Below are positions 34,457 to 45,241 of a stretch of 64,000 nucleotides of DNA, in pieces. Origin of the DNA: Coniocarpon cinnabarinum (taxonomy: Eukaryota); NCBI GenBank assembly GCA_051942205.1, contig JAVECO010000074.1, forward strand, positions 1-64,000, read 5' to 3'. Below the pieces are notes generated by a model, which saw only the letters and a list, made by a program, of their open reading frames with translations, did no database searches and was not told the origin of the DNA. The position numbers and the translations under genes were made by a program. Each line of letters opens with the position of its first letter. The stretch's first letter is position 1.

Positions 34457-37147
34457 GAAAATAGCCAGTCTGCCTCTCCTAGCCGTCAGCGCCATGCTTC
34501 GCCCTCCTCGCTACCAAGAGAGGCCCACGCAGATGATTCAAGCAGTCAAGAACCTTTGCCTGCAGCTGACCAGCGAGCAGATCTCGTACCAGACGACGGC
34601 GAATTGACCCGATCACGCGGATTAAACCCAGCTGGCAACGCTGACAGCGTTGAACAACGGAAAGACGAGCGGAAAGTTGAGCCTCAACCTATCAACAAGC
34701 ATGGTCCATCAACCGCAGAGCCTGTTGTCAGGGATCAGGACGGACGCTTGACGTTAGCTGCTCAACCAGATACCCATGCGTCTGATTCACAGCATGTTGC
34801 TGAGGAGCATCCTGACGTCAGCCAGCCTGGTTTGGAGCCTGTGGGATCTTTCAGTCCCGCGAATGATCCTAATGCTGGCTCTCAAGACAACACCTCGGTA
34901 CTTCATGCGCGAAATGCAGAGCGCTCACAAAATGTGTCTTATCCCCCTCGGCAGGCCCTGCATATCATTGAAGGCCCGTACCGAGCCCCCACGAAAGACG
35001 ATGAAAAACGAAGAACATTTCCTGGCTACTCCACAGAGAAGATTGCAGTTGTAGATGATGACAATATTGACATTCGCGGCAGCAATGATCGGAGTGATGA
35101 ACCAATTGATCTTCCGGTAATGAGCCAGACGGCCACCAATGCAGCGAATCAGCTTCCTCGCGCATCGCTCACCCAAGAACGCAGTCAGCCGAGCCACCCT
35201 TCAACTGGGGACGCATTCACTACATCGGATTATTCACAAACCAACATTCCAGCGATGACCGCGTCCCATTCTGCACATCATGCACCGAAAAAATCACTCG
35301 AGTCCAACATGCAAGTCTACGAGAACTGCCGCGAAAGCATCGAACCTACTGGACAGGCCGAGTCGAGGTCGCGTTTCTCCTGGGGACCAAAAGGTCCCAA
35401 CAAACCCGGAAAGAGTCCCACGAGGATGTCACCGGCCGCCTGGGCCATGCGAGCGCGATCTCGAAGTCATGGTCGCAAGCACTCGATGGAGAGTCCGCCC
35501 CCTCGACCTGGAGAGACGCCGCCGCCACCTCTACCTAGCAATCCGCCTGTGTACTGGCCTCCACGCAAGAGCTCTGTTGATCTCACGCGTTCATCTCCAT
35601 CCCTTGAGAATGCGCCGCCGGTTCCTGGAGAAACTCCACCGCCTCCTCTACCGAGCAACCCGCCTGTGAGTTGGCCTCCACGCAAGAGCTCTGTGGATCT
35701 TAGGCGATCGCCTCCCATTGAGAATGCGCCGCCGCTTCCGCGGGAGGTGTCGCATTGGTCATCGTCCTTGGTGGCTGTGGCGCCCGAAGCCGTACCGGAT
35801 GTCCCTGTTGCAGGAGGTACTATGCCACAGGGCAGACCTCTAGAGAAGCCTCTTCCTCAGATGCCACCGAATTTGCAAACTGGTTCGCCCGTTTCCGCTG
35901 CCCAGAGTCAAGAGATTCGATCACCACAAGCAACTTCGCCACCGATACCATCACCTACTGCGGCATTCAGCCCCATCGACCCTGGCAAGCGACACTACGC
36001 CCAACCTCCACCCCCTCAACCATCGGTTCCATCCACCCCTCTACCTTCAAAATCCGCCGGCACACTTAAATCCCGGAATCGCCTTTCGAAACGGTACAGC
36101 GCGCAAGTCCCGCCACCCAAACCCATGATCGAATCTCCGCAAACTGCAGACCCAAGTAAGAAGAAACGCTCAAGTATGTTTGGTAGCATTCTTCGACGCT
36201 CCGATACCATCAAAGAAGATGAACCGTCACCTCTTCCTGTAACATCGAAGTCCCAGCCAAACAAACTGAAAAAGGTGAATAGTAAGCGATCCTCGAAGCA
36301 CGAATTTGTTGAGGACTCAGCGCCCCCTCCTATGCCGATGCCAGTGTATTCACAGGGATCGCTTCCACGGCCGCCGACAGCGGTGCCGCGGTTGCCGGAT
36401 GTGGACACTTACTCGATTGTAAGAGGACAGGGCGGGCCGCCTGATCGTACGTCACGCTCTCAGTCGCGGACGAGGCACGATGCGGAGAACTACCGTGGTG
36501 ATCAAGGGTTTTCGTCGCAGGTGTCGCCGGATGCGGATGCGCGGTTCTCTGGGCCGCAGGATAGGAGGGCGCGTCATATCGACTACCTCCAAAGACAGGA
36601 GCTCTTTCCTTCACGGCAGCGGACACCTGTACAGCCTGGGGCTTACGAGACGCGGCCTGCGATATATGAAGCGCCTAATGCGCGGACGCCCCCACCGCCG
36701 CCGCCGCAGCAGCATGTTGTGCCTGATCTCCCAGCGGCGGAGACGCCACCACCGCCTGAGCTTCCGAATGCGTACGCTCCTGCTCCTGCTGCAAATGCCC
36801 ATGCTTTGCATCCGCCGGCGATCCAACGCAGTCCCAGTGGAGCATCTTCAGTGTACACAACAGGCATTGACGAACGTATGCAGGCACAACCTAGCAATGC
36901 ATCAGGTCGATATCGCAAAGCAGGTGATTACGGGGTTAAGCCCCTGACGGGCGCGTATGTGGGCTATGGTGGGAATCCGTACGATGATGGAGAAAGTCGT
37001 CGGGAGGCGAATTACGACACGCAGGCTGATGAAGGGCATGGAGATGGTGCTCGGGGTGCAGTTGTTGAGGCTGATGGATGGGAGAGGGCGGTGGAGAGCG
37101 ATGGACGGACGCAGGCGGGGAGTGCGTGGGATTTGGTGAGGGAGTAA
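34457..37147 (+). CDS. Pro-rich terminal exon, probably spliced onto the 29627 gene (long isoform ~2438 aa)
   Basis: Open frame with no good early ATG. Acceptor CTGATcttcttttcAG at 34456 is in frame with a phase-0 donor AAG|GTAGAT at 34253. Confidence 0.6.
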   Translation, partial: ENSQSASPSRQRHASPSSLPREAHADDSSSQEPLPAADQRADLVPDDGELTRSRGLNPAGNADSVEQRKDERKVEPQPINKHGPSTAEPVVRDQDGRLTLAAQPDTHASDSQHVAEEHPDVSQPGLEPVGSFSPANDPNAGSQDNTSVLHARNAERSQNVSYPPRQALHIIEGPYRAPTKDDEKRRTFPGYSTEKIAVVDDDNIDIRGSNDRSDEPIDLPVMSQTATNAANQLPRASLTQERSQPSHPSTGDAFTTSDYSQTNIPAMTASHSAHHAPKKSLESNMQVYENCRESIEPTGQAESRSRFSWGPKGPNKPGKSPTRMSPAAWAMRARSRSHGRKHSMESPPPRPGETPPPPLPSNPPVYWPPRKSSVDLTRSSPSLENAPPVPGETPPPPLPSNPPVSWPPRKSSVDLRRSPPIENAPPLPREVSHWSSSLVAVAPEAVPDVPVAGGTMPQGRPLEKPLPQMPPNLQTGSPVSAAQSQEIRSPQATSPPIPSPTAAFSPIDPGKRHYAQPPPPQPSVPSTPLPSKSAGTLKSRNRLSKRYSAQVPPPKPMIESPQTADPSKKKRSSMFGSILRRSDTIKEDEPSPLPVTSKSQPNKLKKVNSKRSSKHEFVEDSAPPPMPMPVYSQGSLPRPPTAVPRLPDVDTYSIVRGQGGPPDRTSRSQSRTRHDAENYRGDQGFSSQVSPDADARFSGPQDRRARHIDYLQRQELFPSRQRTPVQPGAYETRPAIYEAPNARTPPPPPPQQHVVPDLPAAETPPPPELPNAYAPAPAANAHALHPPAIQRSPSGASSVYTTGIDERMQAQPSNASGRYRKAGDYGVKPLTGAYVGYGGNPYDDGESRREANYDTQADEGHGDGARGAVVEADGWERAVESDGRTQAGSAWDLVRE
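35507..35734 (+). repeat. 2x ~117-nt coding duplication (PGETPPPPLPSNPPVxWPPRKSSVDLxRS...ENAPP)
   Basis: Units begin at 35507 and 35624, near-identical at the protein level. Confidence 0.85.
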
Positions 37148-37735
37148 GCGCGGAAGCGATGTGCATCTCAGATGACGACGGGGATGTCGCTGTATATTGT
37201 CAATATGTTGTACAGAGTGTGTGGAATATGCATGAACGTGATGCAGAGAGGACAATGAGCCTGAAGCAAGGAGTGTGCAGCTTTCCAAAAGAGTGAATCA
37301 GTTGCGTCGCACAATACTTCGCCACCATTGCATGGCGATAGACCGAACGGTTGTCGGTGGTGCTGGAGGAAAACGTAGACAATTTGTGGCATAGCCTTCT
37401 TTTCGACACGACTAAAACTGTAATGACGTTGGGAGTGAATCTCCTTCGATTCCAAGCAGCGAGGTGTGAAAAGTACAAAAGGTGAGGGTGCCGAGCTAAC
37501 CGTTGTTCGTGTATATGAGGCAGTTCGGCTGTGTCCTGTAGCTGAACTTGTGCGAACCATGCTCTGCAGGCGTTTCAGCTCGGCTGACGGGTGATGCGTC
37601 GAGTACGATGGATGCGTAACGCCTGCTGGCCCAGAGGCATTTTGATCAGACTTCAATCCGGAACGGAGACTGGAGTATTCCTGCCGCGTCGTATGACAAC
37701 AGCCATGCCATTCAAATGTCTTCCAGGATGTTTTG

Positions 37736-38323
37736 CTACTTAGCATGTACGCCCTCTTCTTTGCTCTGCAATGGCTCATCACTTGATGACTGTGCAGAGG
37801 GCTGGCGATCTTCTGTGACATTTCCCTCAACAAAGCAGAAAACAATAATTGGTGACAGGATCCACAGTACCAACACGAAGGCTGTTGTCATTGACTCTCC
37901 TGGGTCGTGGATGTTGGGCAGCGCCATATGCTGCCACATGAGCATCATGGCAATCAACACGCGGTTTCTGCCAATTGCCACAACAAACAGTGTTTTGCCC
38001 ATCCCAAATAGGCCCGTTGGAAGAAGCGCACGTCCCATACACAGAGCTGTTTCTGGATTGAAGAGCCGGGCAGAAGCGTCGTCGCATATCAAGATGGGCA
38101 ACAACTCCTCGGAAACGGCTCCCGCGGCCCCTCCGATCGCTGCATAAATCATTGACATCCGGCCTGGTGGCATCGAGGGCCATCGACAGCGGATTGCCGA
38201 GCAGATTATCATCCCGGCCACACTTGCGACCAACAGCGCTGTATTGTAGGACCATACTGTTTGCACCACTATGTCTGTCTCCTGTCGTCTTTCACACCGC
38301 TTAGGTAGACAATTGGTCGCCAT
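37736..38323 (-). CDS. Hypothetical multi-pass membrane protein (195 aa)
   Basis: ATG ORF with several hydrophobic segments and a hydrophilic tail; no known domain recognised. Confidence 0.5.
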   Translation of the reverse strand: MATNCLPKRCERRQETDIVVQTVWSYNTALLVASVAGMIICSAIRCRWPSMPPGRMSMIYAAIGGAAGAVSEELLPILICDDASARLFNPETALCMGRALLPTGLFGMGKTLFVVAIGRNRVLIAMMLMWQHMALPNIHDPGESMTTAFVLVLWILSPIIVFCFVEGNVTEDRQPSAQSSSDEPLQSKEEGVHAK

Positions 38324-38875
38324 GCTTCTTTACTGTTACCGTAATTAGGGACGCAGCACCATGATGAAGCGGATGAGGGAGATCAACGTGCACGATCAGA
38401 CGAGCAGGAAAAAGAGACACATCCCTTGCTTTATGTTCTCCCATGCCTCATGCTTGCTCAAATCCTTCACATACCCAATTTAGCCAGGGTCGTTGAATCA
38501 GTATGGAACGAAATTACACAGTGACACACATGACCATGACAAAGCCTACAGGATGCAAGCGGCTCACCATTCAATAAGACAAGAAGAAGCACGGACCAGA
38601 AGATGGTTCGACATTCAATACGTCGCTGTCTGGAATGTGAGACAGGACAAAAGGCTATGCTGATACCTTGGAAAAATCCCCCTAGGCTTTACATAAGACC
38701 CACGTTGAAACGAGACCATTGCCACGAGAGATCCGCTGCTCATTTGTGAGGGCAGCTCGGAATGCAGCTATGGAGTTTCTCGCGTGAGATCACTGCATGC
38801 GTGTGCGTCTGAAGAGACGATCACTTTGCTTTGGTTCGCGTCGATGCTCGGTAAGGTCGTGTGGGCATCACTGGA

Positions 38876-39584
38876 CTACGTCTTTCTCGGTCCGCAAGCT
38901 GAAAGCTCCTCCTGTTTTCCACAGTGATAAGCGCCGACTAGGAAAATTACTGGCATCAGAAGATGAAAGAGATGTTGCGCGGTCCAACACGGCTCGTGCC
39001 CGTCCCCGGCTCGCCAGATGGAGTGGGCAATGATCCAAAGCATGGCGTACAGACCTGCAAAACACAGAACTCCCGTCCAGAAAGCTTTTAGCCGCGCCTG
39101 CTCTTCTTGATTCATCTGGTAATTGGGTTTGTAGCAGGGACATGCAACGCAATGCTCGCGTGGTAGTTTGATTTTTACCGAACAATCCTTCGCACACGGA
39201 TTGCTGGTTTTAGAGGCTTCCGTTAGTGGATGTGAAGCTTGGGATGTCGCTGGGGAAGTCGACAATAGTGACGGGGGACACTGGCTCTGATCCGGGAAAG
39301 GGTGGTCCTGAGACTGCGGGGATGTCGATTGTTGGGTCATTGCTGGAATCAGCGATGGTGTCAGAGTTTGTTGGAGGGAGCACGTGGAGAAGAAAGCCCC
39401 AGATGAGCGCAACAACCACAACGATGGCAGCGCAGGAAAGCAAGCCACACAATCCAACGAAACATCCAGCTGTCTTCTTTATGTCTGCATCTGATGGTTC
39501 TGCTTTGGTTTCTCCTTTTTCAGCCGCTTCAAGCTCAGACACTTTCTGCGCTTCAGACGGGTGCGCTTCAGACGGGTTCGACAT
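38876..39584 (-). CDS. Hypothetical membrane protein, apparently frameshifted or spliced near 39210
   Basis: ATG at 39584 gives MSNPSEAHPSEAQK...TM...TNGSL* (stop 39212-39210). An overlapping frame continues SNPCAKDC...CVACPC...two TM segments to 38876. Confidence 0.4.
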
Positions 39585-40069
39585 TTTGAGGGTGAGATCA
39601 ATGGCAGAGCATCGCGTCAACAATTGACGCCTTTTGTAATTTGCTTGTTGTTTGTTCAGTACGAGTCTCGTGCATTCCTAGCAGGATGAGCCCGCAAGGC
39701 GAACCACATTCCCCAGCGCACAAGCCGATGTCCGAGTATCCATCCCTTTGGTTGCGGACAAGGACGTAAGAGGTAGTCAGGCTCCGAATATCGAGCTCTG
39801 CAGTGATGCTCAAGCCCTGTATCTTGGAATTGACAGGCTGCAATCTGTAGTACCAGAGACCGTGACACAGATGCTGCAGCGCAAATACTACACCATTCCC
39901 TTGAATTCAAAGACTTTGCCAAGACTCCAATTCTAGAGTCGATTTGCTCAGTAGATACGGGGACTTTTGGAACGATTCCGACAAAGGCGGATGCTGGGTG
40001 CTTTTGACATAATTCTTTCTTGATGCCATGATTTATGTGATTCAACCGCGGACGCTCTAGAGGTGTATG

Positions 40070-41020
40070 TCACTCGCATGTCAAGGTCAATAATTGAGCA
40101 TTAGTGGTGTTCAAGACCTGGAGATACCACGTGAGATCCCCGTAGTCGAGGTGGAACATGTAATCATCAGGTCCAGTCCTGTGCAGCTGAAGTTGCGTAG
40201 AACCTGGCCCCCGGCTCTTCGTGATGTTTGCCAGCGCCTTCCCAGATCTCGAAAAGTAAAAGGATCTTGCATCCCCGCCAGTGATGAAACAGTACGGTGA
40301 CATTCTGGGGCCAATGGCAGTGTCGTTCCATTCCTTCAAGAGAGTTTCGCCGAAGAACTGGTGTGCAAAGCCGTAGAACCACACCATGCCAGCTGTGTTC
40401 GCCATCATCATGCAGAAGAACCATACTCGGCCGGAAGCGCGGTCTCTCGGGTGCAAATGTTTGCGGCCAGGCGAGTAGTCTTTCCCCCAGTGCTTCTTGT
40501 GAGAGTGAGCCCACTGTATTGCATCGTCAACTCGCACATACTGGCTGTGAAAAGTCCTGGTGAAGACCAAGGTCGCAGCGAACGCAATAGCGCAGATGTA
40601 TCGGAAGAATGCCACTTCCGCAAGACATTCCCATGTGCTTTGCTGACACATCCAGTATGGCACTGTAATCATCGCTACCCCCACGAGGATCGCCAGCTCG
40701 ACCGGGCTGGTGTTTATGTTGGCAATAGGGTTCCATAGACTCCTTGAAAGATTGCGATGGGCAGTGGCCAGTTCGAGAAAACGTTCATACGCCTCGCTGA
40801 GCTCCTCTTCACGTCGCGCTTCTTCTTCTTCTTCTTCTTCTTCTTCTTCTTCTTGTTGCCAAAGCCATCGAAAGGGTTCTTGTTCGATATCAACAAAGTC
40901 ACCGTCGCTTAGTGAAGTCTCACTACGGTCAGACTGCTGGTCACCGCTCAGCTCGCCGCTATCAGCATGGACAGTGACGGGCTTCTCGATTCTGTTGTCT
41001 TCGTCCTTGTTGGGAGCCAT
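40070..41020 (-). CDS. Hypothetical membrane protein with poly-Glu tract (316 aa; may extend to 39598 via a GC-AG intron)
   Basis: ATG ORF with acidic N-terminus and three hydrophobic segments. A possible intron 40077-39900 would add ...WNGVVFALQHLCHGLWYYRL...CGLILLGMH...LCH*. Confidence 0.6.
   Translation of the reverse strand: MAPNKDEDNRIEKPVTVHADSGELSGDQQSDRSETSLSDGDFVDIEQEPFRWLWQQEEEEEEEEEEEARREEELSEAYERFLELATAHRNLSRSLWNPIANINTSPVELAILVGVAMITVPYWMCQQSTWECLAEVAFFRYICAIAFAATLVFTRTFHSQYVRVDDAIQWAHSHKKHWGKDYSPGRKHLHPRDRASGRVWFFCMMMANTAGMVWFYGFAHQFFGETLLKEWNDTAIGPRMSPYCFITGGDARSFYFSRSGKALANITKSRGPGSTQLQLHRTGPDDYMFHLDYGDLTWYLQVLNTTNAQLLTLTCE
40820..40852. repeat. (TTC)11 microsatellite encoding poly-Glu
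   Basis: Perfect trinucleotide run inside the 40070-41020 ORF. Confidence 0.9.
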
Positions 41021-42732
41021 CGCTGTAACTCAGGCACGTATGATGTTCAGAAAGCTGAGATTGAACACATCCAGGGTGCAAATAGAAAAGGCTCACCGCC
41101 CCTTGCTTCGGATCAGGCAGCGCAGGCGACACACTCCTGAAATGCGTGCCGAGGTTTGTGCGACTTGAGTGGAGTCGGTGTGCAGAATCCTGTGCAACCG
41201 CACGCGTTTAGGAAGCTGTACACACACACACACACTCCTCGCTTCAAGATAGGAACACGTTCGTGCATACCGACCAAGGCTCCGAAGCAAAGGCCCTATC
41301 TTCTCCCCCAAGGTTATCCATTACACATGCTCTTCTAAGTTGGATTTTCCTCAGCAGACTTCCACGTCTACAAGAGCAATACGCCAATGACAGCTTGTAA
41401 GAATTACTGAACGCCAACGACAATGAAAGCGCGGTTTACTTATCCATCATGATCTGTCTGATAAACTGTTCTTTCATGTTCGTACCAAACCCTCGCGCTC
41501 TTCGGAATCGAGTGCCTTCGCTATCGCCAGGGCAGCATAATTTTGCTAGGGCGGTCATACTGGGAGCATGGAGAGACGCTTGGCTTGCTTTTTCGACCCG
41601 AAATCGTTGTTTGCATCAGATCCGCGATTGTTGCAGCAAGCGCAATTCGCACGATAGCAGCAGTGTGTATACAAATTTGTTGCAGGGCTGTGGCCAACCG
41701 CTTCGTGCATGTCGTTATTCTCCATGCTTTGCAACATGTTTTGGTCTCTGGATGCAGCTGGTCCGAAGTCTTCGCTCTTGAAGTCCCTGAATGGCTCACA
41801 CCGCTGATGTCATTGGCGTTTGAATGCTCGCTCACCTCTCCCTTCCCTTGGACCGGTGCAAAACCGGAATCCAGCCACTCAATCCACTATTTAGTGAACG
41901 AGGAAACGAAAAGCAGGAAAGATACTGCATACTAAGTGGCCAGAGCCGCCCGTCCATTACACATCAACTGCAATTTTGTCCGCTCCTCAAGTCTCTTCAA
42001 GGGCGCTAGTCAGACCGTCATCAGGGTTGGTGTCACACAAACCATCCTGTGTAACGTGACTGGGGCTCAACATGCCTCAAGGTTGAGACAGCAATCTCAA
42101 CAACAAAGGCTCTCAACCCCATCTTTCGAGAACACACCTGGTTGAGACGAGTTAGCTGCGGGCTGGTGAATGCAATGCTGTTAGCCAAGTAGGAAGATCA
42201 GGTCTCCAGTCAATCCCAAATATTTGAAAGCTTCAGCTAAGCAAAATCGTCAAATAGAGTATGCAGCGGACATCATGCGTGTGTGATAGCCACTCGAAAA
42301 GCCACAGACGACAACACGACCTTGCGTCCAAATGCCTGTAGGCACTCTAGGTTGAGCAGAAGCTAAGCTGCACGGTGCAGTCACTTGTAGTAGCCGCTGA
42401 CGAATGGTGATACCTGCAATGTGGCTCAAAAAGTACCGCGCACCCCTTTTGCTGCTACGACGCGTGTTGTTGACGTGGACAATACGCGATGACTTTCGTA
42501 GACGATGCAACCCTCGTTCGTGTCTTTCCAATGCAATAGACACAGCCCTGGTCAATGCTGCGGATTATGGATGGTCCCTGGATGGTCCCTTAAGTAAGCT
42601 GCACGAGGTTGAACGCCATGCGGTGAATGAGGTCTGAGACCACAGGACAAGGTAGCAGAGTCGTGATTGAAGATCTCTAAAGGCTATACATTGCTTAAAA
42701 TCATTTACATGTAACTATGTCGATGATAAATT

Positions 42733-42835
42733 GGTCAATTGGTCTAGTGGTATGATTCTCGCTTAGGGTCCACCCTGAGTCTTGGACTTTGGTTCAGCTT
42801 GCGAGAGGCCCCGCGTTCGAATCGCGGATTGACCC
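42733..42835 (+). tRNA. tRNA-Pro (anticodon AGG) with 31-nt intron
   Basis: Acceptor stem GGTCAAT/ATTGACC; D-arm TGGTCTAGTGGTATGA; anticodon stem CTCGC/GCGAG with AGG at 42765-42767; intron 42769-42799; T-arm CCGCG-TTCGAAT-CGCGG; Pol III terminator T6 at 42843-42848. Confidence 0.95.
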
Positions 42836-42984
42836 CGACTAGTTTTTTGGGCCAGATCCAAGGACGTTAGTCTTTTCCAGCTGGTCGAGTTCTTGTTTTG
42901 TTACTCGAGTTTTTGGCGGAAAGGTGACGTGAGAATTTGAAATTGATGACGTAATCTGCCGGCTCCAGCGACCTTCGGACCAGC

Positions 42985-43225
42985 AAGGTATATTTCAGCG
43001 ATATATATAGATACTACAATTACCTTCATATATTAGTGTAAATAGCAGTGTTTAAGAGGTCTTTATACTAAGTCATAACTAGAAAATTGATATATAACAT
43101 AATGTAAAACTATATAGTAGCACGTAGTAATAAGATTAAAGTCGTGAATATAAGTTATGTCTTGTGTGTCTTAAATATTAGACATGTCTTGCATGCCTAA
43201 AAAATTTGGCCCGCGACGTCGTTTT
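42985..43225. other. AT-rich, TpA-rich island (possible RIP-degraded repeat relic)
   Basis: Abrupt GC drop relative to the flanks, abundant TA/TATA dinucleotides, no ORF. Confidence 0.45.
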
Positions 43226-43486
43226 CCTGATGGCCATATTATGAATGCGTTGCACTCGAGTAGGATTTTTTTGGTGGCGAGGGAGGTGACAAGGCATAGG
43301 ATCATGCCTGTGATTCTCAAGAATCGCGACAGGTTTGGGTAGAGTGTCAACAGTAATATGAGTCCTTCATGGGTTTCTACATTTTCGTGTGTAATGCAAA
43401 GGCATCGATCATATACGAGCGCCATCAAGTCCGCGCAACTCGATCACGATTATTATATTGACTTCAGTGCTGAGTGATGTCACCAT

Positions 43487-44776
43487 TCAGTCACCTCCTC
43501 CGCCAGCAGCAATACCCTGTCTGCGCAAGCTCTCGCCTAAGTCCATGCCATTTGCTTGACGTCGCACGCCTGACATGAATCTGCCCTGATCCGTTCGCGT
43601 TTTCTCCTCGTTCTCCTTGTCTGCTTCATCCTTTGCCAGTGAGGCCTCAAGTCGACCTTTTCGATCTTGATCAAGTTCTGTGGCATTAGACTGCATAGCA
43701 GCTAGCTTAGCAGCTCGCTCATCCTCTTTTCGCTCGTTGTCAGTGTTGTCTTGCTTTTTGAAACCACTATAAGAGCCATGCATATCGCGCCTTGTATCGT
43801 GCGGAGGATATCGACGTCGAGGCCGTGGAGATGGCGAGCTGCGGTGACGGGGAGGTGGAGGAGATCGGCGGGCCGGTCGCGAAGACTCGTAGCTGTATCG
43901 GCGACGGTCGTTGGGTGAGATTGATCGACGTCGAGCATGTCGTGGTGGAGAGCGAGACTCGTGTCGGTTGCTACGGCGTGGAGGCGAAGATGATCTTGAA
44001 TCTGATGAGTATCGCTTGGGCTTTCCGCTGCTTTGATCGCCATATCTGCGACTCCTGTCTCGGTCGTCAATCTGATCTCGTTGTCGCCTATAGGGCGATC
44101 CCGAACGAGAGTACGAAGGACTTCGCCGTCTGTGATGGTGGCGGGGTCTGTGCCGACGCTCTTGATCGTCATCCTCCTCTTCGTAACGTCTTCGCTTGCT
44201 TCTGTGCCCATCACGATCTCGCTCCTCACGTCGGCCACGTCTGTGCTTTCGCTCCTTGTCATCAACTCCGGCTTGCTTCAAAACCTGCCGTCGCTTAGTG
44301 GGATCGTTCATCATCGCCTCGTAGCTGGCCTGCTCTTGTTTCCGGATTGCCAGCATCGGATCGTCCCGGATCTTTGAAGCTACATCTCTCGCACTGCCAG
44401 CATTGCCAAATCCCGCCATCTTCTCAGCGTTCGTCTGTCGGGCCCGCTCCGCTTCATCGTTCCTCTGCTTCAGGAGTGTATCGATCCGGGATTTGCCCAG
44501 CAGGTAGCCCTCTGCCTCTTCTGAAACGACCGCGCCACTGCTGTCAGAAGGTCCACTGTACATCCATTCGACACGGTTGGAGACTGGCTTGCCACCAGCA
44601 GCCTCATGCATGCGCTGAACCTCGAGAACGGCCCGCTCTTCTGCGCGTTCCTTCTGGATAGTTTCGATTTTGCGGCGCTCGTCCAGTGCCTGCTTCTCTT
44701 GCTTCCATACTTTTTCCTGATTTTTCTGTAAGGCCGGATGCCATGACTTCTTCAAGTTCAGATCGCCGCCACCCAT
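43487..44776 (-). CDS. CWC25: Pre-mRNA splicing factor Cwc25
   Basis: N-terminal [47 protein letters not shown]-rich region, [13 protein letters not shown]. Confidence 0.95.
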   Translation of the reverse strand: MGGGDLNLKKSWHPALQKNQEKVWKQEKQALDERRKIETIQKERAEERAVLEVQRMHEAAGGKPVSNRVEWMYSGPSDSSGAVVSEEAEGYLLGKSRIDTLLKQRNDEAERARQTNAEKMAGFGNAGSARDVASKIRDDPMLAIRKQEQASYEAMMNDPTKRRQVLKQAGVDDKERKHRRGRREERDRDGHRSKRRRYEEEDDDQERRHRPRHHHRRRSPSYSRSGSPYRRQRDQIDDRDRSRRYGDQSSGKPKRYSSDSRSSSPPRRSNRHESRSPPRHARRRSISPNDRRRYSYESSRPARRSPPPPRHRSSPSPRPRRRYPPHDTRRDMHGSYSGFKKQDNTDNERKEDERAAKLAAMQSNATELDQDRKGRLEASLAKDEADKENEEKTRTDQGRFMSGVRRQANGMDLGESLRRQGIAAGGGGD

Positions 44777-45241
44777 TTTCTCGGATTGACTTGGAGTGCA
44801 ACACGGGCTTTTCCGCAGGTTTGAAGCGAGAGTGCAATGTCTGTCAGCGTGACGAGTGAGTGATAGAGAATCTCAATCCTTACCCTGCCAAGTCGCGCCG
44901 CCTTGTTTGTGCCAAGACATGCAAACAGCCTCTCCAAATGAGGAATAGTGCACTGCGGGCATCTTTTGGTGATACTGATCCTCGCAGCTTTCGCCAAATC
45001 CATCGCCTGATACAGTATTCAAGGTTTGCAAGTTTCGTGCCGCCGCTTGAAAGGCGAAATATCCTTCGTTCCAAAGGGCATTGTCTGAAAGAATTGATCA
45101 GCCCTGCACCACGGCGCCACTTCGTCAGAAGAACTACCGGCCGGGTATCTGCAGAATAGCAACTTTCCGGGTCGCTGGGAGACAACGCCCTGCGTCCCAT
45201 ATTTTGCAGACTTAATAAATACCTGACGAGGACTGAACATC

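Noticed and set aside
37168..37845. 225-aa minus-strand ORF
   Set aside because: Non-ATG start, overlaps the neighbouring gene and the convergent 3' region, no motifs.
41400..42650. Overlapping 100-130 aa ORFs upstream of the tRNA
   Set aside because: No recognisable features or consistent splice signals.
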